Below are positions 27,870 to 37,234 of a DNA stretch of 64,000 nt, piece by piece. The notes beneath the pieces are model-generated. The model searched no databases, was not told the DNA's origin, and saw only the letters and a list, made by a program, of their open reading frames with translations. Position 1 is the stretch's first letter. Each line of letters begins with the position of its first letter. The DNA is from Candidatus Nomurabacteria bacterium (lineage in GTDB: Bacteria; Patescibacteriota; Saccharimonadia; Saccharimonadales; VXPC01): contig JACKGQ010000001.1 in NCBI GenBank assembly GCA_020631905.1, forward strand, positions 485,854-549,853. The letters run 5' to 3'. The position numbers and the translations under genes were made by a program.

Positions 27870-30569
27870 ATGCGTTTTTCCCGTCATCAGCAACCAGAAA
27901 TCGGTATTGAACCACTCAGCCAATCAGATAGAGAGTCGTTTCCGGCTGTTATATATGAGCAACAAGCAACTTCGATAAATGACGCTACGTTACTAATTGA
28001 AGCGGTTGGAGTAGCTAGAGCCCTGAATCTGCCTTTCGCTATTGATGTCGATACCAGCGATGAAGGGTTAATCCAAGCTGTGGTTAGAAGCTCAGCTAAA
28101 GATAGGTTTGAGGCTCGTATACACAGTGCATTATTTCACGGTACATCAGCTATGATATGTGAGCATATGCCTGACCCGCAAACTCGTGATGAGATAGGTG
28201 CCACATTAGTACGGAGTATTGCTCAAAGCGCAATCGAGCAGATAGTCCGAGATGAAGATCTAGAAAAAGGTTTCGGGATTTTTTACTCAGGTCTGCGATG
28301 GCATACTGATCAGGAAAAGTTTGTATCAACGCTTTTTAAAAGTGCGGCTGAACTTGATTTTGAACGACTAGACCAGATGGTTACCACTGGTGAACATATA
28401 CTCGCCATTTCATACGGCATCGAGCATGGCGTGTCTTGGGATACTACCAGAGAATGGCGTAAAATGACCGCCGAACAAGTATTGGAGGCGCATCCGGAAT
28501 TTGACTACCGCAAACTTCAAGATCCAGAGTTTAGAGCTACTGATGAAGGAAAAGCTTTAGAAAAAGCTTATAATGACCATGTTGGGGAAGAGTTGGTACG
28601 ACGCTATAGAACCACTAGAGCCAATATCGATAGCGAAGGAAAAGTAATACCAAAGCCAATACTACCATTGGCTCGATTCCCATTAATTGAATCACTGATC
28701 GTAGATGAAATTCGGATGATAAGTCCTAAGACTAAATATAACTTTGGGCCGAGTGATGTATCTGGTTTAATTCTAGACTCGGACAGCTTAAAGGCTCAGC
28801 AGGCACTTGTGGCAGCTGTAACAACGAGGATTGCTCCCGAGCAACGACATGTGATTGACGGTCCTGATGAGCTTCAACAGAAACGAGGCATTATCATCGA
28901 CATTCTGCGCACATATCAAGACGAGACAGACCCAAAAAGAAAAGCGCAATTCAAAGATCAGATTATCAAAGTAATTGAAGCATATACTAGGGACGGAAGA
29001 GTCGCTGCTGACGTACGCGCCGAATACTACACAAGCAGCACCGACCGATACGTTTATGGACAGGATGTCCGTGCCGTAAGAAATATTTTGGGCGATATTT
29101 TGAAAGCTGGTCTTGCCTCACCGCACGCACAAGAAATAGTCGGTCGCTTGATGCAGGTCACAACTGGAGAATTAACTAAAGAGGTTGATCCAATTTCTCT
29201 AGGTTACGAAGAATTTGAAGAAGCGATATTGGAATCGGTATGGTTAGTTGATGAGCAATCTGACCCAGACTTTATAGAAAGTATAGCGGCTAGAATGTTC
29301 GGTCGCGATTTGGCGGCTAAGATTCGTTACGTTATTTGTATGCGAGCTGAGGCAAAAATGAAATCTAGCCAGCCCGAAGTAGTATTAGCACATAAGAAAT
29401 GGGCAAACAACTTTGCTCCTTTTGATAGTCAAGAAGCCAAAGATTTGAAGCAAGCATATCTTAGCGCCGACTCCGAAGGCCAAGCTTTACGCGATAAAGC
29501 CGATGCCGCTATGAATGAAGTTCTGCTTACACTGATAGAGAGACTTGCTTTTGATCCTGATTCTATTAATGCAGAAAATAGAATACGAAGCTTAATACAA
29601 AAGCTTCGTCTGGGCAACTCATCTGATATGGAGCAGCTACCAGATACATACTACATGCTTATGGAGTTTGCCCGAGATCCAAGAGTAACGAGCTCTACTA
29701 GAGCGAGTATTCTGTGGAGATTTGCGGAACATTACAAATACGCAGCTGACGGGTTAGCCGCAAGACAAGTAACCAAGATTATCATTGATGGCTATCATTT
29801 AATGCTAGGTGACCCCAACCTGCCGTTAAGTGTTCCTGATCACGGTGTTAGCGATGGGCTATATGCCATCAATCAACTAGCGTCTCATAACGTTTTCAAG
29901 CAAGCAGATGAGACACAGTTGTTGGAGCTTTCCCGATATCGTTTCGCTCTATTGGATCTTATTCAAAGATTCACCGGCAGACAACTAACTTCTGGAAGAC
30001 TTGAGGATATTGATTTGAGTGCGGAAAAAGCAGCAGAAGCCGAAGACAACCGCACCACTTATCATATTGAATCTGTTGTGCGCAGTTTTCAAAAACTTGA
30101 AAAGCAATACGAAGAATTCCTGTACCTAGAAGAAGTAAGGCGAGTGCCTCACGTCTACTATCCTTGGGTGTTAAGACAGTTAGTCCCGTTCTGGCAGAAG
30201 ATGCAATGGGAAGTTAGTCCAGGCAACAGACCAAGTTATGACATAACAAGATTGCACAAAACAATTGAAGACTTAATATCAAGTAGACTAGTTGTTGAGC
30301 CAGGACATGAGTTCGACACAAGCTTTGACCCGATGGACGATGGGCATATTGATGAGCTGCTTGTCGCTTGCTATGAGCAGATGGTTGTCCCACACGATAT
30401 CAAAAACAAGCAGACAGTCTGGACAGAAGGAATGTCTTTCATGAATTTGGCTACTACTCTGATGCCTGTAAAGTTGCTCGAAAGGCTCAAAGCAAAATAT
30501 GGCGAAAATCACGGCTTAGTTAAACTAGTGATTAACGAACAAAAAAGATTCAGTCAAGATGAAGAGTAG
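27870..30569 (+). CDS. Large hypothetical protein (899 aa), helical, with no TM helix or signal peptide
   Basis: Uninterrupted 2.7-kb ORF with no recognised motif. Confidence 0.65.
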   Translation: MRFSRHQQPEIGIEPLSQSDRESFPAVIYEQQATSINDATLLIEAVGVARALNLPFAIDVDTSDEGLIQAVVRSSAKDRFEARIHSALFHGTSAMICEHMPDPQTRDEIGATLVRSIAQSAIEQIVRDEDLEKGFGIFYSGLRWHTDQEKFVSTLFKSAAELDFERLDQMVTTGEHILAISYGIEHGVSWDTTREWRKMTAEQVLEAHPEFDYRKLQDPEFRATDEGKALEKAYNDHVGEELVRRYRTTRANIDSEGKVIPKPILPLARFPLIESLIVDEIRMISPKTKYNFGPSDVSGLILDSDSLKAQQALVAAVTTRIAPEQRHVIDGPDELQQKRGIIIDILRTYQDETDPKRKAQFKDQIIKVIEAYTRDGRVAADVRAEYYTSSTDRYVYGQDVRAVRNILGDILKAGLASPHAQEIVGRLMQVTTGELTKEVDPISLGYEEFEEAILESVWLVDEQSDPDFIESIAARMFGRDLAAKIRYVICMRAEAKMKSSQPEVVLAHKKWANNFAPFDSQEAKDLKQAYLSADSEGQALRDKADAAMNEVLLTLIERLAFDPDSINAENRIRSLIQKLRLGNSSDMEQLPDTYYMLMEFARDPRVTSSTRASILWRFAEHYKYAADGLAARQVTKIIIDGYHLMLGDPNLPLSVPDHGVSDGLYAINQLASHNVFKQADETQLLELSRYRFALLDLIQRFTGRQLTSGRLEDIDLSAEKAAEAEDNRTTYHIESVVRSFQKLEKQYEEFLYLEEVRRVPHVYYPWVLRQLVPFWQKMQWEVSPGNRPSYDITRLHKTIEDLISSRLVVEPGHEFDTSFDPMDDGHIDELLVACYEQMVVPHDIKNKQTVWTEGMSFMNLATTLMPVKLLERLKAKYGENHGLVKLVINEQKRFSQDEE

Positions 30570-30602
30570 CTAGCTTTTATCTTACATCTAAAGTCACTAG
30601 TA

Positions 30603-30622
30603 TTGGTGACTCCACGGAGAAT
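30603..30622 (-). repeat. 20-bp copy of the tRNA-Glu 3' end (T-loop to CCA): an att-like footprint
   Basis: TTGGTGACTCCACGGAGAAT is identical to 30743-30762. It sits in the loop of an 8-bp inverted repeat (CTAGTATT/AATACTAG). Confidence 0.8.
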
Positions 30623-30709
30623 ACTAGGGTATATTGCGCCTTAGCAAAGTAAACTTTGCCGGGCAATAGCGAACTCTCGTCGGAGCTCGGAGTTTCTGCG
30701 AAACCAACC

Positions 30710-30737
30710 AAGCAAAAAGCCCACCTTAGGTGAGCTT
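30710..30737 (-). terminator. Intrinsic terminator downstream of tRNA-Glu
   Basis: On the minus strand: AAGCTCACC-TAA-GGTGGGCTT followed by TTTTGCTT. It contains a G.U pair that is valid only on the minus strand. Confidence 0.65.
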
Positions 30738-30743
30738 CTTCCT

Positions 30744-30818
30744 TGGTGACTCCACGGAGAATCGAACTCCGATTGCAAGATTGAGAATCTTGTGTCCTAA
30801 CCGTTAGACGATGGAGCC
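30744..30818 (-). tRNA. tRNA-Glu (anticodon CUC), with CCA encoded
   Basis: Cloverleaf read by hand: acceptor GGCTCCA/TGGAGTC, D-arm GTCT..GGAC, anticodon stem CAAGA/TCTTG with loop TTCTCAA, T-arm CGGAG-TTCGATT-CTCCG. Confidence 0.9.
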
Positions 30819-31004
30819 ATATTTGGCTTAGACTTAAAATGTACGCTAGTTTAATAAACCGTGCAAGATATCTAACGGTTAAGATGTCCTACCCATGGTC
30901 AGATTGACAAATTGTTGTCAATCAGCCGTCGGCACACCTCGTATCGGGCAATAATTTGCACCGGTACTCCGGTCTTGCAAAAAGCCACTGGCTTTTCTCA
31001 CATC

Positions 31005-31025
31005 AGACGATGGAGCCATATTTGG
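31005..31025 (-). repeat. 21-bp copy of the tRNA-Glu 5' end plus its upstream flank
   Basis: AGACGATGGAGCCATATTTGG is identical to 30806-30826. The downstream sequence does not fold as a tRNA and runs into a small terminator-like hairpin (AAAGCCA-GT-GGCTTT). Confidence 0.8.
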
Positions 31026-31232
31026 TTGCGGCCTATTATAACTTAATGTCTGGCAAAAAACACCTAACGCCTTCGATATATCTGCAAATGGATTAGTACC
31101 CTGCACTACCCAACTTGCTAAAAAGCTCATGTCGCATACTTGGATCGGGGTCTTTAGATTTATGTCTTTCAGATATACAAATTTACCAAGCATAATATTT
31201 TTGTTAGGTCTTGACATGGCTTGTCAACAATG

Positions 31233-31253
31233 CTACCTTGTAAAGCAAGGTAG
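31233..31253. promoter_or_regulatory. Perfect inverted repeat CTACCTTG-N5-CAAGGTAG just upstream of padR (candidate operator)
   Basis: Read directly. It ends 6 nt before the padR ATG. Confidence 0.5.
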
Positions 31254-31259
31254 TAATTT

Positions 31260-31622
31260 ATGAAAGATACTGAAACTAATCTTCAAAAATATATTCAACA
31301 GAATTCGCTCTCGATGCGTAAAGGCTTGATTGAATATTGTGTGATGCAAATTTGTAGTGGTAAGCCCGTTTATGTTGGTGAGATTGTCACAAAACTAAAA
31401 GATACGGATCTGATTGTGGTTGAGGGTACGCTGTATCCCCTACTCTCTCGCCTAGCCAGCGAAAAATTGGTCAGTTACGAATGGAAAGAGTCGAAAACAG
31501 GACCACCCCGCAAATATTATAAGTTGACTGTTGATGGCCATGGCGTGCTCGAAGCTTACAACAGCCAATGGAAAGAGCTAAAAAAAGCCGTCGATGGAAT
31601 AATTAAAGGAGTTAAGAAATGA
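31260..31622 (+). CDS. PadR-family transcriptional regulator
   Basis: GTLYPLLSRLASEKLV...PRKYYKLT signature. Confidence 0.85.
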   Translation: MKDTETNLQKYIQQNSLSMRKGLIEYCVMQICSGKPVYVGEIVTKLKDTDLIVVEGTLYPLLSRLASEKLVSYEWKESKTGPPRKYYKLTVDGHGVLEAYNSQWKELKKAVDGIIKGVKK

Positions 31623-33238
31623 AAAAGGCGCAAATAATTGAGTTAGCTAAACAGTCGTTTTATATCAATGAAAGCGCCTATAAAAAGCTAGATACATATC
31701 TGGCTAGTCTGAGCAAACACTATCAGGACAAAGAGGTTATCAAAGACATTGAGCTGAGCTTAGCCGATAAGTTTAAAGCGCGCCTCAAAGATGCAAATTC
31801 GGTGCTTGACGAAACTGACGTGAGCGCTGTGATCACCGAGCTAGGCACTGTCGAAGATATTACGGGCGAAGTCGAGACCGAGGCAAAACCGACTGGCTCT
31901 AAAAAACAGTTCTACAGGTCAAAACAAAATGCGATTGTCGGTGGAGTTGCCAGTGGGTTGGCGGGTTATTTTGGGATTGATCCGTTGTATGTCCGAATCG
32001 GCTTGGTGATATCGGTTCTAGTTTCATTCGGGACTACCTTAGTGCTCTACTTGGTATTATGGATGGTATTGCCAGAGGCCGAGACCGGTGCCGACGAGCG
32101 TTTAATGCTTGGTAAAACAGCTACACTAAAAGATATCGAGCAGACGCTAAAAACGAAAGTAAAAGAGGTTAAACAATCAGGAGCGAACGGATTTTTACGA
32201 ACAACTTTCGAAACTACGTTTAAAGTTTTCGGAATTATCTACAAGCTAGTACTTAAGCTTGTAGGAGCTGGGGTATTTTTGGCTTCTCTCGCAGCAATCG
32301 CCGGCCTAACTGCCGGTATGGCTAGTCTGGTGGCTGGAGATGTTAATGTCTATTATGCCGGCGCTTTGGTGGACTTCCCGTCTAGATTTGTAGATTATGG
32401 CTTGCTGGTATCGGTCTGGCTGCTAGCCGCAGTTGTAATCTGCTTAATGGCTTACATGGGCATGTCATTGCTTCGTTCGAAACAAGTGCTTCGTGGCGGT
32501 ATGGCGGCAATTTTGGTTGGGTTGTTCGTAATTGGCCTGTCGGCAGCGATTGCGTTTGGTAGCAACACCTATGATCGCTACCAGCGAGCCGTTGACACTT
32601 CGCCAACTATGCGCGAGGTGGCTTTAGATGAATTTGAGCATGTGTCAATCGCCAATCAAGTTGATGCTACCTTTATCGAGTCTGATGAGTATAAGGTTGT
32701 ACTGACGGCCAACAACTTCGTACTCGATAACCTAGATCTCAACATTCGGAATGGGTATTTATATCTGCATAATAATTCGAATAATTACTTGTGCTTGCTA
32801 GATTGTAACGATCAGCTACAGGCAACTGTTTATGTTCCCAAACTAGAGACACTGACGTTATCTGATCAGTCGTCGGCGTTGTTTAAGTCATATCTAACCG
32901 TTAAGAATCTCGTGATATCCGATCAGTCGCGAGTTGATGCTGCATTGGCCGATATCGACCAGATAGTTATCCAGGATCAATCTGTTCTGAATGCTACAGT
33001 CAAAGCTAGCGGCGTCAGTTTAACTCTAACCGACCAAAGCAAAGCTATCTTGAAGTGTGCCGATCTGCAGTGGCTCAAGCTTGTCGAGCGCGATCAAGCA
33101 AATGTTAATGCTGGTGAATGTCTGGCCGAAGAAATCCATCTAGATTTAGATAATCAATCGCACGCTGTCCTGAGTCCAACAGATAAACTTGAGGTTATAA
33201 ACACCGACAAAGATTCTACGTATAGCTTTGTACGTTAA
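31619..33238 (+). CDS. PspC-domain membrane protein with a long C-terminal extracytoplasmic region
   Basis: IVGGVASGLAGYFGIDPLYVRIGLVISVL is the PspC signature. Overlaps padR by 4 nt. Confidence 0.75.
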   Translation: MKKAQIIELAKQSFYINESAYKKLDTYLASLSKHYQDKEVIKDIELSLADKFKARLKDANSVLDETDVSAVITELGTVEDITGEVETEAKPTGSKKQFYRSKQNAIVGGVASGLAGYFGIDPLYVRIGLVISVLVSFGTTLVLYLVLWMVLPEAETGADERLMLGKTATLKDIEQTLKTKVKEVKQSGANGFLRTTFETTFKVFGIIYKLVLKLVGAGVFLASLAAIAGLTAGMASLVAGDVNVYYAGALVDFPSRFVDYGLLVSVWLLAAVVICLMAYMGMSLLRSKQVLRGGMAAILVGLFVIGLSAAIAFGSNTYDRYQRAVDTSPTMREVALDEFEHVSIANQVDATFIESDEYKVVLTANNFVLDNLDLNIRNGYLYLHNNSNNYLCLLDCNDQLQATVYVPKLETLTLSDQSSALFKSYLTVKNLVISDQSRVDAALADIDQIVIQDQSVLNATVKASGVSLTLTDQSKAILKCADLQWLKLVERDQANVNAGECLAEEIHLDLDNQSHAVLSPTDKLEVINTDKDSTYSFVR

Positions 33239-33240
33239 CC

Positions 33241-33807
33241 CTACAGTAGTTTACGCCAGAAGAACACGCTACTTCCCCAGCGGCTCGGGATACTAGCTAA
33301 ATTGTGTTCGAACACCGGTCCTGGTCCAAAGCGTGAGCGCACCCGACTCTCACCCAAGACAAAACCGAACTGGAGCGTTGCTTCGTGGCCATAAATTGGG
33401 TGTTCGCCGGTGTAAGCGACGATATCACCAGGAACAACTTTTGCAGGATCAACCAAGGTGAAACCCTTAGAGCGCAAGAAGTCGCGGGTATCGTTGTAAA
33501 GGTATTGACTGGCAGGGTAAGCTTGTCTGGGCACACACCAAGGTTCGCCTAAAATCCGCCCGAACACATATTCGCCGCAACGATCGAATAGATTATTGTC
33601 GTCGAGGCTGTGTGGCTCAAATATGGCGTATCCGGGTAACTCTACCAGACCCTCGAAAGCTTGGTCGGCGCGACGCATATCTGACATTAGTCTATGCGCT
33701 AGGGCTTCTTCCTGATGAACTTGGTCGAGCACTGCTTGGGCTGCTTGGCGTTCAGGGCTATCTGGTAACGCAAGTTGCAGGGCATTGTGGTTATCGAAAC
33801 CGATCAC
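33241..33807 (-). CDS. Hypothetical protein (188 aa), co-transcribed with the WhiB-like gene
   Basis: 4-nt overlap with the upstream gene. No motif. Confidence 0.5.
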   Translation of the reverse strand: MIGFDNHNALQLALPDSPERQAAQAVLDQVHQEEALAHRLMSDMRRADQAFEGLVELPGYAIFEPHSLDDNNLFDRCGEYVFGRILGEPWCVPRQAYPASQYLYNDTRDFLRSKGFTLVDPAKVVPGDIVAYTGEHPIYGHEATLQFGFVLGESRVRSRFGPGPVFEHNLASIPSRWGSSVFFWRKLL

Positions 33808-34151
33808 GGTCGATTGCCTACATGGACAGTTTGAGGTGTAAGGTCTTCTGTTCTAGAGGCTCGAATAGCTTTGGCTAGAGCCTTTGCGGTACTTAGATTG
33901 AGTCTAACAGCTTGCCATTGGCCGCGCTCATAGTTGGTTAGGCCTGCAACAATGCCTTCCGCTTGGCCATTAGCCTGGCTACCGACAAAATAGTCGATGC
34001 AATCAGCTAGGTTTGGGCACTTGCCACATACCAATCGGCCAAGACCTTTGGCTTTACCATCGGATCGGGTTGTTTCTAGCATAATCTGACCACTGTTGTG
34101 ACTGCGGCATGTACTCCGACTTCTTGCGAGCGGTGTAATTTGTTCGGACAT
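33804..34151 (-). CDS. WhiB-like (Wbl) Fe-S transcription factor candidate
   Basis: Cys pattern C-x26-C-x2-C-x5-C (STC...LVCGKCPNLADC), followed by GIVAGLTNYER, which parallels G[VI]WGG..ER of Wbl proteins. Confidence 0.5.
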   Translation of the reverse strand: MSEQITPLARSRSTCRSHNSGQIMLETTRSDGKAKGLGRLVCGKCPNLADCIDYFVGSQANGQAEGIVAGLTNYERGQWQAVRLNLSTAKALAKAIRASRTEDLTPQTVHVGNRP

Positions 34152-34194
34152 AAAAGTACAATAAGCTCTAGACGCCTACGAAGCAAGCACAGGC

Positions 34195-34572
34195 TTAATC
34201 GATCTTGATTTTGTCGATTATTTCGACTAACTGTTTGGGGGTAATCTCGGCTTTAATAATGTAACCATCGGCTTGTTGCTCGACTCGCTCGCGGTTGGCG
34301 TCGTCTTGGTCGAGGTTAGTCGTAATAATTATCTTGCTGTGGAGTGCCGGGCTGTGAGCTTTAATCTTATCGAGTACTTCAAAGCCGGTGATACCCGGAA
34401 TCATTAAATCTAACAGAATAATATCGTAGTGATCGGTCAAAGCAGCGTTTAGACCATCGTCGCCACTCATCATAAGAGTCACATCATATCCAGCTCGACG
34501 TAGTGCTCGAGCATACAACTCGCTTATAAAATATTCATCCTCGATACAGAGAATGGTTTTTGATCCAGCCAT
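34195..34572 (-). CDS. Single-domain response regulator (CheY-like receiver)
   Basis: ILCIEDE...DIILLDLMIPGITGFE...IIITTN...GYIIK. Confidence 0.85.
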   Translation of the reverse strand: MAGSKTILCIEDEYFISELYARALRRAGYDVTLMMSGDDGLNAALTDHYDIILLDLMIPGITGFEVLDKIKAHSPALHSKIIITTNLDQDDANRERVEQQADGYIIKAEITPKQLVEIIDKIKID

Positions 34573-36061
34573 GTGCCTCCCTTACAATTTCATTATCCTC
34601 CGAACCTAGCTTATCGGCAACCGAAGTAAATGTCGGTACATTAAACCCGAAGGTACTACCCACCCCTTCTTTACTTTTAGCCCAGATTTCTCCGCCTTGG
34701 GCGTTAACCAAAGATTTGCTGATATACAAGCCCAAGCCTGTGCCAATTGCCCCGGTTTTACTACGATACGATCTATAGAACTTCTTAAACAAGTACTTCA
34801 TTACGTTTTCTGGAATACCTACACCTTGGTCAGTAACGGTAGTCTGGACCCAGTTTTCGTCGAGCACACTCACCTCGATGTTTATCGGTTTGTCGTCGTG
34901 AGTATATTTGATCGCGTTGTCGATTAAGTTGTTCAAGACTTCATACATGCTAACCTTATCGACTGCCACAAGCGGCAAATTATCGGGTAGGCTGTAGTTA
35001 ATTTTGATACCTCTAACTCGTGCGCGCAACTCTAGTTCGGTAACGGTCTTGCGGATAATTTCTGCCCAGTCTTCCTTATGCATTTTGAGGTGGAGTTGGT
35101 TTTCTTCGACTCTGGCAACATTAAGGATATTGTTCACGAAATCTGCAAGTTGTTGTGCTTGGGCGTTCATGTTGGTTAGAAACTCTTGTTGCTCAGGGTT
35201 CAAGACCGCACCTAATTCATCATCGAATACTTCTAAATAACCACGCATGGCTGTAAGCGGAGTTCGAAGTTCGTGGACTGCCATGGCCACAAAACTGACA
35301 TCGTTATACTCTTGCATGTAGCGATCTGTATGATCAATTACAACCAATAGAATTTCATAGCCGTTGGGGTTGTCTTTGCTATAGTGAGCAACCATATCGA
35401 ACTGCCGGTTGCTGTCGTCACTGAGGGTGTGTTTGACGTGGTCCCAACTCTGACTAGCTGTGGCCTTATTGACTTTACAATAGTTAATCCAATCGTCTAA
35501 GGTTTGCTCACTGCCGGAAAAAGATAGATTAAAGATTGTATCAATATGGTTACCGATAACTTGCGTTTGATCAAAGTTAAAATAGGCACCAGCGGCTGCG
35601 TTGGCATAGACTATCTTGTCTTCGGCCGAAATAGCTACCGCCGGAACAGCGAGCTGGGCTAAACTGGGGATTGATCCCGATGCCGGTGTATCGTGATTCT
35701 GTTGACTGCTCGCCATGGCATAGACTTGGTGCGCGAGATCACCTAAAAACTCGAATTCTTTACGCAAGCCATTTGTATCTGGAGGGTTAATCTGACTAGT
35801 CTGACCACTTGCCGAAAGGATTGCTCTTGCTAAGAAATCTAGGCCAAAAATTGCCCGTTTCATTAGCCAGCTGGCGATAAAGATCGCCAAAGCGATTGTT
35901 ACCAATAAAGACAGTTCGAGACTCCATAACTCCGACCAGTTAAAGACTAAGATCATCAAGTAGAAGCATCCAAGCCCGACGATCAAAACCAGACATAAAC
36001 TGATAACTGTCCTTAGCCAGAGTTTTGACTGAATTTTGCGGATGTATTCAATCATTGCCAT
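34535..36061 (-). CDS. Membrane sensor histidine kinase (PAS, HisKA, HATPase)
   Basis: H-box VAMAVHELRTPLTAMRGY; NAIKYT, DQGVGI and GTGLGLYISK boxes; two N-terminal TM helices. Confidence 0.85.
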   Translation of the reverse strand: MAMIEYIRKIQSKLWLRTVISLCLVLIVGLGCFYLMILVFNWSELWSLELSLLVTIALAIFIASWLMKRAIFGLDFLARAILSASGQTSQINPPDTNGLRKEFEFLGDLAHQVYAMASSQQNHDTPASGSIPSLAQLAVPAVAISAEDKIVYANAAAGAYFNFDQTQVIGNHIDTIFNLSFSGSEQTLDDWINYCKVNKATASQSWDHVKHTLSDDSNRQFDMVAHYSKDNPNGYEILLVVIDHTDRYMQEYNDVSFVAMAVHELRTPLTAMRGYLEVFDDELGAVLNPEQQEFLTNMNAQAQQLADFVNNILNVARVEENQLHLKMHKEDWAEIIRKTVTELELRARVRGIKINYSLPDNLPLVAVDKVSMYEVLNNLIDNAIKYTHDDKPINIEVSVLDENWVQTTVTDQGVGIPENVMKYLFKKFYRSYRSKTGAIGTGLGLYISKSLVNAQGGEIWAKSKEGVGSTFGFNVPTFTSVADKLGSEDNEIVREAHGWIKNHSLYRG

Positions 36062-37200
36062 GCCACTTTACTAACGGCAGTTATCCAAGTTTGACCGCGA
36101 TTAAAGACAATCTCTGCCCCGTTACTGTCATTAAATAGGATTTGCTCAGACTCACTAGATTTTGACCAGCGTCCCTCAATAACTTGACCATCTTGGAAAA
36201 CCCAAACCTTACCGCTATCGACAGTAGTGTAATCAGTTCTTGGCCCATCTTTGGCGTTATAATATTGCTTGTCAACCTGCATGGCGATAACTACCTTGGG
36301 GTTTATTTGATCGCCCGTGCGCTCATCACTATGAGGCGTGTTACCGTAAAAGCGTAAGTAGCTGTTAGTTTTTTTGTCGTAAGTGTAGCTCGGGTTATAA
36401 GATGGTGAGGAGATTGTCATATCTATACTGCTAGCAGTTGACGTTTCGACAGGTTCTTCGTCTTTGCGAGGCCAAGGCTCAAAGTCGCTGGTTGCCTTGC
36501 CCTCGAGTTTGTCTAGGCGCGTAAAGTCTGTGTAAACATTGTGCGGAGCTATACGACTAGAGATACGGGAAAACGAGCTGCCATAAACATATTGGTCTAG
36601 ATTACGCCCAGACTGGATATACTTAGATATGGCAGCCTTACCAGCGATATCTCCACCGACGTGCACGTAGAAGGCATCAAATGGGGCTAACCACTCAACA
36701 TAGTATGGCCGAGCACTACGAACTGGCCCAATATAGTCTGGTTGGCCTTCCTGATAAAGTGCCAGCAATCGTGTTATTCCGCCCTCTGCGTCGGCTTCGA
36801 AGACTACACCGGCTTCGAGCAATCCACTCTGGGGTCGAACGCCAACTGAGTTCTCGATCATAATACCGGTAATCGGGCGCTTAGTGTCTGACTCGTTTTC
36901 GACGAGCATGCCGGTAAGTGGCGATTCGTAAAAAATTGGTTCTGGCTCGGGTTCGGCCTTGCTGACAACTTCTTGTTTAGCTTGAACTGGCTCTGGTGAC
37001 TTTTTATGCAAAAACACGTAGTAACCACCCAAGCCAACCGCCAGAATTAAGCCTAATCCACCTGGCAAGAGATACTTTTTTGGGATATTAATAAACGTCG
37101 TTAATAAACGCTTAAATTTTCGAGGTTGCTTTTGGGTGCTCTGCTCAAGACTAAAAGCTTCAAGATCGTCATTGATAGACGTAGGCGGCCGATTATCCAT
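36052..37200 (-). CDS. DUF3048-family membrane-anchored protein
   Basis: SPLTG...RPITGIMIENSVGVRPQSGL...EGGITRLLALY is the typical DUF3048 N-terminal domain pattern (from memory). Confidence 0.65.
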   Translation of the reverse strand: MDNRPPTSINDDLEAFSLEQSTQKQPRKFKRLLTTFINIPKKYLLPGGLGLILAVGLGGYYVFLHKKSPEPVQAKQEVVSKAEPEPEPIFYESPLTGMLVENESDTKRPITGIMIENSVGVRPQSGLLEAGVVFEADAEGGITRLLALYQEGQPDYIGPVRSARPYYVEWLAPFDAFYVHVGGDIAGKAAISKYIQSGRNLDQYVYGSSFSRISSRIAPHNVYTDFTRLDKLEGKATSDFEPWPRKDEEPVETSTASSIDMTISSPSYNPSYTYDKKTNSYLRFYGNTPHSDERTGDQINPKVVIAMQVDKQYYNAKDGPRTDYTTVDSGKVWVFQDGQVIEGRWSKSSESEQILFNDSNGAEIVFNRGQTWITAVSKVAWQ

Positions 37201-37234
37201 TACCAGTATATTTTAAAACGCTTAAGCTTTGGTA

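Noticed and set aside
30925-31020. A second tRNA gene starting with GGCTCCATCGTCT
   Set aside because: Only the first 13 nt match tRNA-Glu. There is no D-arm closure, anticodon arm or T-arm. It is a fragment followed by a small hairpin.
30918-31217. 99-aa ORF on the minus strand
   Set aside because: It spans the tRNA fragment and the padR promoter region, and has no RBS and low-complexity composition. It is probably spurious.
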